DNA of 63,629 bases, filler included, from Vezdaea acicularis (lineage: Eukaryota), in NCBI GenBank assembly GCA_026025075.1. It is 3 parts of 3 records of this genome, joined end to end, with 100 filler letters (N's around TTAATTAATTAA, not from the genome) between each part and the next. Parts side by side here need not be neighbours in the genome. Positions count along the whole stretch, not along the records: positions 25,014 to 49,694 come from JAPEUI010000181.1; 2 more parts are not named here. One strand, 5' to 3'. The position numbers and the translations under genes are program-made. The notes under the pieces were generated by a model, which was given only the letters and a program-made list of their open reading frames with translations, had not been told where the DNA came from and ran no database searches. Position 1 is the first letter of the stretch, and each line of letters begins with the position of its first letter. Shown piece after piece: positions 35,530 to 45,768 of the stretch.

Positions 35530-35971
35530 CTCCAAGCTTCTGTAAGGTCAAGATGTGATTATCTAGCATCAAGGTGTGCTTTGGCCAAAGTAAAGTTGCA
35601 TGGATTGGAATCCACTCTCTTTGGGACTTGCGAACCCGACTTTCACTCTAAATACGGCTTGGTTTGTCTTCTACTCCCGGCACTAAATGGCTCAGCTGTG
35701 GCGTTTTGGCGCACCTGCAACGGCGCATATCTGAGATGGTGATGAACCTCAAGGTTGAGGAGGTATTTGGAGTCGGAGAAACTTCTATTTTGTGCACATG
35801 ATACTCATGAGATACCCGCGACGAGAGCATTTGCAGATCGCTCGCCTTGCTTTTGCTGGCTATTTTCCTGTCTATGTATGTCTTACTGCATCTAAGCCCT
35901 AGTGTAGTTCAAGCTGTAGATGCTTTTGGTGGGCCGAACAAACAATGCAATTTTTCGAGCGGGCGAGCGGC

Positions 35972-37442
35972 TTATATTAATCGTAAACTGAACCCACCAC
36001 CAACCTCTTCGTTTTCTCTTCCGGCAAATATACTCGCAAAATCTTGAATCCCCAAACCTGGCGCATCCCCCCTCTTAGGTGCACTAGGGCTGTGGACCCT
36101 GCGTCTCTTCTCCTGCCCTGCTTTGGAGGGGAATGTGGGAAACATTGCAGCTGCTTTTGGTTTGGGGTCTTCAGAAAAGTACGGATGACTAAGAACAGCA
36201 GTGGCACTAGGACGTGAGGTGGGATTCAGAGCAAGGAGGCCGGTAAGGAGACTTGCTCCAGTATTCGTGAGGGAAGGGAATTTAGAGCGGATAACGCTAC
36301 CAACGCTGGGAAATGTTAGCCACTCACACAGGGATATCTTGCACAAGGGGGAATCATACTTTTGCTGTGAGCGAGGCAGCTTCAGGGATCTTGCATTAGG
36401 GAGACGCTTGAAGTTCGGCCAGTTCTCCTGAGTAGGTATTCCACACAGCTCGAATATCTTCGATAACTGATCTACCTCGTTCTTCCCCTGCAGCAGCGGG
36501 TCCTTAGCTAGCAACTCCCCAAATATACACCCGATACTCCACATGTCCACTTCTGTACCATATGTCTCTGTTCCCAGCAGCAGTTCCGGCGAGCGATACC
36601 ACAGCGTCACCACGAGCTGCGTCAGTTTAGGTGGAGGATCACCGAAATATCGTGCCATGCCGAAGTCAGCTACTTTCATCTGTCCGCGATTGTTGAGAAG
36701 GAGGTTTGAGGTCTTAAGGTCTCGGTGTAAGATCCAGTTCTTATGCAGGAATTCGGTGGCGGAGACAAGTTGTTGGAGGAGGGTTTTGATTTCTGATGGA
36801 AGGAAGGGCTCGACCATATCTTCTTGCAGGGTCTTGAGATCGTGCTCAAGAAAGTCCATGACAAGAAACACACTGCCATGGTTAGCATGAGCTCTGATCA
36901 CAAACCGTGCTTAACAGACATAAATATACGTACTCGTCAAGTGTATCCCCTATCACAACCTCCCTCAAGTATACTATATTCGGATGTTGCGCTGTTTGCA
37001 AAGTCTGAATTTCCCTCAATCCTGTGACCGGGAATCCGTCATTCGCGTTATCCATCTTCAACTTCTTCAGTGCCACTATCTCTCCAGTCGCCGTCTCCTT
37101 CGCCCTTGAGACCCACCCATATGAGCCCTCCTCGATATGGTTCAAGCGCTCGAACGCGTCCACGTGCCGACAAGGTCCCCATGAAGGCGCAGGGTATCTT
37201 AGCAATTTGACAGGCGGAGGTTCTTGGTCGAGCTCGGGCTCGACGGAGAGCTTCTGGCGTTTGGCTGGACGATCGACACCGTTTTGAGCGGAGGCTTCGC
37301 GATCCCGCGCCGCCGCTCCCTCTGCTGCCCGCCGTTTTTCTGCTTTCAGGAGCTTCTTCTGCTCCTTTTCGGCTTTCCGGCGCACGTCTTCTATGGTGTC
37401 AGCCTCGTCATCGGCCCAGCGGGATTTTGGTATGCTTGCCAT
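35972..37442 (-). CDS. CDK11/PITSLRE-like cyclin-dependent kinase (ppk23-like); introns 36873-36933 and 36306-36359
   Basis: IEEGSYGWV, VALKKLK, GFPVTGLREI, HRDLKTSNLL, DFGMAR, LVVTLWYRSPELLLG, MFPTFPSKA. Confidence 0.92.
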
Positions 37443-37592
37443 GGCGAAGAGGTGGGGCGGGCGGAGAGGAAATTATGGAGCGGAAGTCGGGAGTCGCGAA
37501 ATAATTTCTAAACTTCGTCACACGTCAATGTCGGATTTAGCAGTTTTACGAACCTACGACATGTCACGGTAACGTAGTAGAGCCATGTAGAG

Positions 37593-39229
37593 ATGCGACT
37601 ACAAACATGGCAGCTTTTCCAGAGCTCCTCGCGCCTTGCGAAAAGGCAGAGCGCGCATAGAATTGTGTCGAGCCAGATTGGACATTCATCTGTGCTCGCA
37701 CGAACGTGGTCGACACCACTGGCAAAGAATATCGCGGAAGCAATAGCTGTAAGGTGGCGGACCTCTGACTTACGATGACATCGCACTAACACATACCCCT
37801 AGACTACTGGTCCCATCACCCTTGCGGCTTACATGCGCCAATGCCTCACCTCTCCCGAGGGAGGTTACTACACCTCAAAACGTAACAGCGGAGACCAGTT
37901 CGGGCAAAAAGGAGACTTTATAACATCCCCGGAAATCTCCCAAGTCTTCGGAGAGCTCGTCGGAGTGTGGCTGGTGGCAGAATGGATTGCCCAGGGTAGA
38001 CCGGAGAAGGACGTGACGCTTATAGAAGTTGGACCTGGGCGGGGCACTCTCATGGACGATATCCTAAGGGTTTGTTTCCATGGTTCTCCGATGCCAGCGA
38101 GGTATCGAGACTGAATTTGCCACAGACAATTCGAAACTTCAAGCCTATGGCCTCCAGTATTCAAGCTGTGCACCTCATAGAAGCCAGTCCCTCCCTCCGC
38201 CTCACCCAAAAGAACCTCCTCTGCGGCCCCGACACCCTCCTTGAAGAGACGGAATCTGGCCACCGCAGCACCAGCAAATACGCCGACCTTCCCATCAACT
38301 GGGTAGAGGATATCCGGTTCCTCCCTCCGTCACGAACCTCCATTCCCTTTATAATCGCCCATGAATTCTTCGACGCCCTCCCCATCCACGCCTTCCAATC
38401 TGTCTCCGCGCCACTCTCTCCTCCAACCCACCAAATAACACGAAGCGCCACAGAACTCACTCCCCCCACCAAATTAACAAAGACAACACGCCAATGGCGC
38501 GAACTCCTTGTGACCCCCACCCCGCCTCCTTCCATCCTGCGCACTACAGCGACTAATCTCACGACTCCGACGCCCCAAGGCGCTGATTTCGAACTCACCC
38601 TCGCCCCGGCAAGCACGCCGCATAGTCTTCTTCTTCCCGAACGCTCGCCGCGCTACAAAAACCTAAAGCATACCCCCGGCTCGACAATAGAGATCCGGCC
38701 AGAAGCGCAACAGTACATGTCCGATATTGCCGTACGGATCGGCGGCTCCAACCCGCCGCCAAAGCCTCCTAAACCCACCCCCTCCACAAACACCCTCCCG
38801 CCCGCGCAAAAAACGGAAACAAGAAGGAAACCCGCCGGCGCAGCTCTAATCCTCGACTACGGCCCCACAAGCACCGTCCCCATCAGCACTCTCCGCGGCA
38901 TCCGCGCCCATAAGCTCGTCTCGCCCTTCAGCGCCGCAGGCCAGGTCGACCTGAGCGCAGACGTGGATTTCACGGCCCTGGCCGAGGCGGCGCTGGACGC
39001 TAGTCCCGGGGTGGAAGTGCATGGGCCTGTGGAGCAAGGGGCGTGGCTTGAGGCCATGGGGATTTGGGAGAGGGTTAAAGCGTTGGGGGGAGAGGGAGTG
39101 GCGGAGGCGGCGAAGAGGTTAGTGGGCAGGGAGAGAGGCGGGATGGGGAGTGTGTATAAGGTTATGGCTGTTGTGCCGGAGAGGGGTGGGAAGAGGCCTG
39201 TTGGATTTGGGGGAGGCGTGGAGGGGTGA
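37593..39229 (+). CDS. NDUFAF7/MidA SAM-dependent arginine methyltransferase (complex I assembly); introns 37749-37802 and 38070-38125
   Basis: Mitochondrial presequence, YMRQCLTSPEGGYY, GDFITSPEISQVFGEL, EVGPGRGTLMDD, AHEFFDALP, DLSADVDF. Confidence 0.93.
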
Positions 39230-39554
39230 TCTGTAGGAGCATGAGGAGTCAGTGCTCTGCCGGTGGCAAGAGCACTTCATCAAAATAACGGTCGAGGTTG
39301 AAAAATGTAGTACGAGAGCCTCAAGAGTACCCGCATATACCAATGGCTGTCAAGTATCTCTAGCTCTACTGTAATTTTGGGAACATGGACAATGCTGTTA
39401 CCAAAATAACAAACAAAAATCCCTTGGATGTAAATGTACAGCCATAGTGAGTCCTAGTCTCCTTCCCTTAACTTCTAGCATTCCCAACGCATCCCATATT
39501 GCTCCTGAAAAGCTCAAAGCCAACGCCTTCGATGTCACGCTGGACAGGTAGTTC

Positions 39555-41168
39555 CTAGGAGCGTTTGCCCATCTCCACATCTGCTTCGTCGTCATCCCAC
39601 TCATCTGACCCCCCGATCTTCTTGCCGACGAGAATTCCCGCAGCTGTCAGCGCAGCCGCGCTTAGAAACCAACCCTCGAACCATCTATCCACAAACCTTG
39701 GCTCCAAGGGCGCTCCCAGTGCTTCAGAGATTACACTTCCTACCTCTTGCGGTAAGTTGCTTCGTAGTAGTAACGCTGAAGAAATGACATACGTCGCGCT
39801 GATCTGGCTGACCAGCAGCGCTAGATTGGCCTGTGTGTGATGCAGGAGACTCGGGGTGAAGCGGCTGAAGAAGTGGAAGGTCTGCAAGACGCTGCTAAAC
39901 GACGCGAGCAGGATCACGCCGGACAGGAGGAATGAGATCTGCCGCGACCAGGCGAGTCGGTCGAGGCTGGGATCCCAATGCTTGGCGAGCAGGGTGAGTA
40001 CATTGTTGATGGGGTCTGTGCCCGAGAAAGTCGTCTCAGGGTATTTCCACCGTCGGATCGTAGCAATAGAGGTTGCAAGTATGCGGTACACGCAGTAGAG
40101 GGAGAATATGTACGAAATAAGCAAGAGGAAGCGACCGGCTGGTGTCGAGGAACGCCTTTGGTTTGCAAGTCGACTCTCATAGACCGCTATGGCAGTGGAG
40201 AGTGAAAAGCGCATAGTCTCGAGGCCGGATATCTCCATGTGCAACGCTTTCCGTTCCTGCACATCGGCGTTACCCCTGATGGAGCCCATCACCCGTGTCA
40301 TGAAACCCTCAGCTGGCGTATCGGCCATCTTGCGATCAAGTGCACGAAGGCGGCTACGTTTAGCTTGCAGCATCTCATCCGTAGCTTCTAATCCAGCTTG
40401 CTTCCGAGCAATGTCAGATTGACTGACTTGTCGTACTTTTGCCCCGAAATTCTGCCAGGGGGAGCTAATAGATGCAAAGCCTGAGAGAAGGGCCATCAGA
40501 GATATTCCAATTACCCCTATTCTCTCAAGGCACGCTTCGCTAATTGATTTAGTCGCTGTTGAAAAGTGGCCCGTATGGACATGAGTCCCAGGCAGGCTAT
40601 GACCTGCCCACCAGAAGCCCGCGATCCATAGGGAGAAGCCTGCTAGTAGTACAAACCATGCGAAGCGCTGGCTAGCTCGAGAGCCTCCTCTGAATGTATA
40701 ACCTGCCCCCAAGATGGTCGAACACAACTCTAACAGCGGAATGACGATGATAAGAAGGATAAGAAGAGTGGTGATGGTGATCCTGAGAGCAAGTGAACGA
40801 GCTGCCGGGTTTAGAGAACTTGAAATTTCGCATAGTATAAGCTCTGTGAGAACAGCAGCCAAGCCAAGGGTGGTGGAGAATGTGATTGCAGCTATTCGGC
40901 GAAGCGTTGGTCTTGAGTGCGAGGTTCTGCGGGGCTGGAAAGGTCGGAAATCGTTACTTGCAACCGGCAACGAGCCATCGTGGGTGGTCCGGGGTGCCTC
41001 GCCAGAGAGGAAGGGGAAGAGCTTTCTATTGACTGCAATGCCCACAACAACGAAAGTAAATAGGAAGGGAAGCGAGGAGAAAATGACGGCAGATGCTGGA
41101 TGCGACTTCAGCCGTCGCTGTAATGATGCTGAAAGGCAGTCATCGGTGCATTCGTCTGTAGGGAGCAT
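39555..41168 (-). CDS. GPR89/Golgi pH regulator (GPHR/GTG family) multi-pass membrane protein, intronless
   Basis: LILCEI, LERIGVIGISLMALLSGFASISSP, FSLYCVYRI, DPIN, SRQISFLLSG, YVISSALLLRSNLP. Confidence 0.88.
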   Translation of the reverse strand: MLPTDECTDDCLSASLQRRLKSHPASAVIFSSLPFLFTFVVVGIAVNRKLFPFLSGEAPRTTHDGSLPVASNDFRPFQPRRTSHSRPTLRRIAAITFSTTLGLAAVLTELILCEISSSLNPAARSLALRITITTLLILLIIVIPLLELCSTILGAGYTFRGGSRASQRFAWFVLLAGFSLWIAGFWWAGHSLPGTHVHTGHFSTATKSISEACLERIGVIGISLMALLSGFASISSPWQNFGAKVRQVSQSDIARKQAGLEATDEMLQAKRSRLRALDRKMADTPAEGFMTRVMGSIRGNADVQERKALHMEISGLETMRFSLSTAIAVYESRLANQRRSSTPAGRFLLLISYIFSLYCVYRILATSIATIRRWKYPETTFSGTDPINNVLTLLAKHWDPSLDRLAWSRQISFLLSGVILLASFSSVLQTFHFFSRFTPSLLHHTQANLALLVSQISATYVISSALLLRSNLPQEVGSVISEALGAPLEPRFVDRWFEGWFLSAAALTAAGILVGKKIGGSDEWDDDEADVEMGKRS

Positions 41169-41668
41169 GTAGATAGCGAAGTCTTAGGAGCCACACAAGA
41201 GAGAGACAGATTTGCGATCGCACATGACAAAGTGATAGTCGAGGAACCTGTCGATAATTCTTTGAGCTCCATGAAAAGTTTGGCCAGTAACGAGTGTTTG
41301 CAGTGGATGTTATTTCGGATACAGTAGACATGGAAATGCGTCAGCTCTGGACTAGCAAAAGCTTGGGCGACCACTAGCGGTTCGCTTAGCCACCAATCAA
41401 GTTCAGGATTCTACGGTTATGATATAGGTCAAGTTCTTTCAAGACTTCATCATATCATATCAGAGACACTCAGGGAGGTGTTTGGGGACCACTGGGCAGG
41501 GGCTGGCATCGATTTCAGGCGATAACGATACGATTTCCTCGTCTTACCAAGCGAAAGAAGCAATGCTTCGTCCGAAGTCACTCCACGAAGCAAATCTCCG
41601 TTTTGGAGCTTTCTTTCTTCCTTAGAACCTGCAACTATCCTCGACTAAAGGTATTTCCTTTAGATTCA

Positions 41669-42522
41669 ATGGCTGAACAGCCTTACCAAGTGCCCGACCT
41701 TGCTTCGATTCTCGCGACGTTAGCAAGGTACACCCCCGGGGCTTTACCAACGTCGACGCCTCCCCAAGCACAACCTCCCGTAGTCAACAGGCCGCCCGAA
41801 ACATCTCAAGGACCTCACGCGCTTGCCCTAGAAGCCAACTCACCGCCTTCACTGCTTTCTGCGAAGGATAAAGAGCGATCAAACGCCCCGAGTCCGCCAG
41901 TGATCGACCCGGCCACGATTCTGGACTGGCCTGCCGCGCTCCGATGTGTGACCAAGACCGTCGGGCGAAACGACCAAGCCATCGTACGGATCAAGAAGAT
42001 GATCCATACCCAGAATGAGCACGAGGCTCAATGGTGGAAGGCGAGGGAGGAGCTCATTGAGAATCAAAGAATAAGGGCGAAGGGTCGGATAGAGCTTAAT
42101 GAGATCTTGTACGAGTTTCAAACATCAGGCTAGGAGACGATCCCGCTTTGACTAATTCAGCGCAGGGGCTCAATCGGCGGAACGCAGATCGCAGACGTGA
42201 CTGATGGAACGGTCTCATATCACTTTCTCCCCTAACTGAGCCCGATAGCTAACAAGCAAGTCTCCAGACCGAAGAAGACAAAGCGAACGAGCTGCGCCTC
42301 TACGACAAGAAAGTCCTCCGCGCATCGCAGCAGATGGTCAATGCCATGTCCGACGAACTTCGGAGGCTTGGAATCCCCTTCTTCGGCGTCCCAGACGGCT
42401 TGATCAGGAAGAATGGTGAGGCGGATGGTTCTGGGAGTCAGGCGCAAGCGCGGATTGGCGAAGATGAGCTAAGGGCCTTGCAAAGGAGGATGATTTCCTT
42501 GCTGGAAGACCTTACGGGGTAG
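41669..42522 (+). CDS. DUF2458-like uncharacterised protein; introns near 42109-42165 and 42212-42267
   Basis: DLASILATL, IDPATILDWPAALRCV, QNEHEAQWWKARE, ELRLYDKKV, ELRRLGIPFFG, LQRRMISLLEDL. Confidence 0.75.
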
Positions 42523-43356
42523 AACGTGTATAGAAATTTGTTTATGTGATGTGGTTCGTTGAGAAGTAAAAATGGTTCAGAAGCCCAATCTAGACTCTCC
42601 TCTCCTCTAACCCTGAAGTACCCCATCCATCAACCCTCCGCATCCAGACACAGCTCCCAACGTACTGAAACCCCAGCCCTACCCCTCCCCCTATGCCCCA
42701 CCAAACCACCTCGGCCATCACTTAAGAAGCCCCAGTAATCAGATCTTCTCCCAGCGTTCAATTACTGATCCAACCCCAAGCCAGCCTCGCTCTCTCGCGG
42801 AAGTGTCGGCACCGCGAATCCCCGCACTCTTAACCAATCATACGCTCCCTCCCGCTTTCTCCACGCTAATCTCGTGCCCGAATCACGGAATTCATGCCCC
42901 CCGCAAACCCCGACGAGCGATTACTGCTCGGTGGTTCAGTGGGTGTGGGTGTGGGTGGGGAGATAAGATCGAACCCAAGCCCTTAAGTCCAAAGTCCGAA
43001 GTGCGGAGCATCGATTCGTCAGCACCCCCTCCCTCCCTCCGTCCAACCCCCCGCTTTTCCGCACCGCTTTTCCGCACAGAGTGGTAGTGATCGATCACCC
43101 TTCGGTGCGCCTTCTAGCGTCCTTCTACTTCCGCCCATCGCACCCGCCTTTCCATCCCTCCCGGTCATGTCCACATGACAGATAAGAACGCCATTCAGCC
43201 CTACCACACACACTTACCATCCCCCGTCCACTCACCTCAACGCGACGCACTGCAGTGCTTACGAAGAGACATACCTGCATACCTGCAGCCACATCAGCAC
43301 ACAAGAGAGGGGGAAGGAGAGGGCGTAGGGCTGTTACCACCTCATCCCTTCATCCG

Positions 43357-43382
43357 CCTAGCTTCCTAGCTTCCTAGCTTCC
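43357..43382 (+). repeat. Three tandem copies of the 8-mer CCTAGCTT
   Basis: cctagcttcctagcttcctagcttcc read directly; (GAG)n at 43568-43590 and (GA)n at 43733-43750 are nearby. Confidence 0.8.
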
Positions 43383-44150
43383 GGGGTCGCGCCGGGAGGT
43401 AGGGCGTGATGAGGAGGGTTGAGTCACGGGTAAGAAGCGCGGGGTTGCGCGATCGGAGGAGATGCGGATTGTGATTGCAAAGCGGCCGAGACAGAGAAAG
43501 GAATATTCGCGATGATGTGATGTTATTCCAACCTGCGAGAGCTTTTCGCGCGAAATGTCCATCTCGTAGGAGGAGGAGGAGGAGGAGGAGCGAGTACTAT
43601 AGCCAGGCAGAAAAGACACGTTGCGAGATTAACAAATTATTGTGGGGGACACAGCGGATTGTTTGATCACGATTGCAATGCGGCACAAGAACGATTAAAG
43701 TTTGAGAAAACTGTTTTTTATGATAATCGCGAAGAGAGAGAGAGAGAGAGCTCGACCTCAACCTCAGACCATATGCCGAGGGAGGGAGCTATTTCCTCTC
43801 TTTCTCTCTGGAGAGATAGCTAGGATAATAGTATGTAGTAGAGGAGATGTGTGCAACAGGAGAATATCCCCCTCCTTCCGGCCTCGTCCTGATTTCAATG
43901 AGGCCCCCTTCCTCCTCCGCGTCCGCTCGAGGGCGGGGTATCACCGAAGGAAAAAATACATGTCCATAGCAACAAGAACAAAACCCCCCATGATCGTGAT
44001 TCTCTTCATTGTTTATTAACAAAGGCCTGCTCGCTCGCTGTGTTTGAAGGTTTGTCCCCGCTCTAATGCAGTCGTTGTTCCCAAAAACCCGCTAATGCAA
44101 TCGCTAAAAGATCGAGTTCGCTTTTTTTTTTTTCGGACAAATGATCAGAT

Positions 44151-44966
44151 CTAATAGGCATCGACCATAGTCGAGGCGTCCCGCTGCGGCAAGTAGAAGC
44201 CCTCGTCAAAAAAGGACTGTTGCTCGACGGGCGAGAGCCGGGCTTGCGAATCCGACTTTTGCTGCTCGTAGTAGGAGCTCGTCGCGATGCTCTGCCGCTC
44301 CTTCTCGGTGTATGTGTACTCGAGCTCGACTTGAGGCGGGGAAGGGGGCGGCGAGACGTCGTCGTCTTCGCTGTCCGAGTCGTGGAGGAGTTCGGGCGGG
44401 GAGTGGGAGGGCGTGCGGACGAGGGCGAGGTCGCCGTAATTCTCCTCGTCGTCGTCGGCGTACTCGTCTTCCGACTCGCTGTCGAGCTCGGCGGAGACGG
44501 TGGTGGAGGGAGAGGGCACGCGGCGGAGCGCGATGGATGCGTCCATATCGACGTCCTCGTCCTCGTCGTCGTCGTCGCTCGAGTCGTCTGACTCGGCGTC
44601 AAAGTCCTCGTCTTCTTCGGGGATGGTGTTGGCCCATTGGATGTGTCGGGGCTCTTCGGCGGCTTTGGGAGCAGCGGCCTTGACCGACTGGTTGAACCAG
44701 TTCTCGCTCTCGCGCTCGGCGTTGGCGAGGTCGATCATGAGTTCGTCGAGGAGGTTGGCATGACCGACGAGGCGGTGGAGGCGGTGGTCAGCACGGCCAG
44801 CTTCCCGTGTGAGCTTGGCCCGGGCAGTGTGGGCAAGAGCCCAGGTGGCTGATATCGACATCTTCTGCTTCTTCTGTGGGGGGAAGGAGGCTTTGGGCGA
44901 TGAGATGAAGTGTGCTTCTGTGGATTGTGTGTCGAAAGACAACTGCTGGATGCGTGAGGCTACCAT
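44151..44966 (-). CDS. Ecm13/YJR115W-like acidic protein; start may be the second Met near 44861
   Basis: Motif ATWALAHTARAKLTREAGRADHRLHRLVGHANLLD followed by D/E/S-rich tracts and SPPEL; strongly biased GC3 codon use. Confidence 0.75.
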   Translation of the reverse strand: MVASRIQQLSFDTQSTEAHFISSPKASFPPQKKQKMSISATWALAHTARAKLTREAGRADHRLHRLVGHANLLDELMIDLANAERESENWFNQSVKAAAPKAAEEPRHIQWANTIPEEDEDFDAESDDSSDDDDEDEDVDMDASIALRRVPSPSTTVSAELDSESEDEYADDDEENYGDLALVRTPSHSPPELLHDSDSEDDDVSPPPSPPQVELEYTYTEKERQSIATSSYYEQQKSDSQARLSPVEQQSFFDEGFYLPQRDASTMVDAY

Positions 44967-45741
44967 TTTGAAGGGTTGCGAAATTGTTCTGCCTGAGGAT
45001 ATGAGTCAGGTCAGACGAGGGGGGCTCTGAGGTTCTGGCGGGAGAGGCAGCAAGCGAAAAAAAGTGGCTTTCTCGGCTGTTGGGTCCCTTGGTGGGCGGA
45101 TGAGTCGTCGCCTGATGCGGTCGAGTGAAGGGCGTTGTGACGGAAGGTTCTGCAGTGGATGCTTCAGAGTGGAGTGATGATCTGATGTTATATTGTAGTG
45201 TGTAGTAGTGTTCGAGGGATGATGGAGAGGACTGATCCGGACGGTCGAGGGGGAGAAGCGGCGTTCTTTATCCTCTGAAGCTGACCGCGTGTTTCCTCGT
45301 TTCCTCATCTCACACACCCGCCCGGTCAGCCTTAGGATTTGGCAGCGACGTGCCCCAAGCGACAGGGGAGGCGTAAGACCGCCCGTTACGGCCGAAGTCG
45401 CGAGCAGCGCGCGCACGGGGGACTTTGGCCCGGCTTAGGTCCGCCCTCTCGGATTCGCTGGAGTTTAGAGCTTGGGCGAGTCACCGTCCCCCTTCCCCGT
45501 CGCCGACCCCGTCACCGTCACCGTCGCACAGTCATGGGCAGTCATCCCTCCTGCCCGCCGCGTGCCGCCAGCCCCGAAGCGGAGAGGGGTCCCCCCCCTG
45601 CGACCGGCGCAGTCTGCCCGCTCCGCGCCGGCCTCACCGCTTGGCCCGCCCGCACCGCTCGCACCCCTGCGCCCATCGCGTTTGCTTTCCCCCGACTCCG
45701 ACTTGGGTCGCTGCGTCCACTCGATTGCGTCGATTGCGTCG

Positions 45742-45768
45742 TGTGCTGTGCTGTGCTGTGCTGTGCTG
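45742..45768 (+). repeat. (CTGTG)n pentanucleotide microsatellite
   Basis: tgtgctgtgctgtgctgtgctgtgctg read directly. Confidence 0.85.

Noticed and set aside
42607..42614. CTAACCCT as an alternative telomerase template
   Set aside because: Only 8 nt in C-rich low-complexity sequence; expected by chance.
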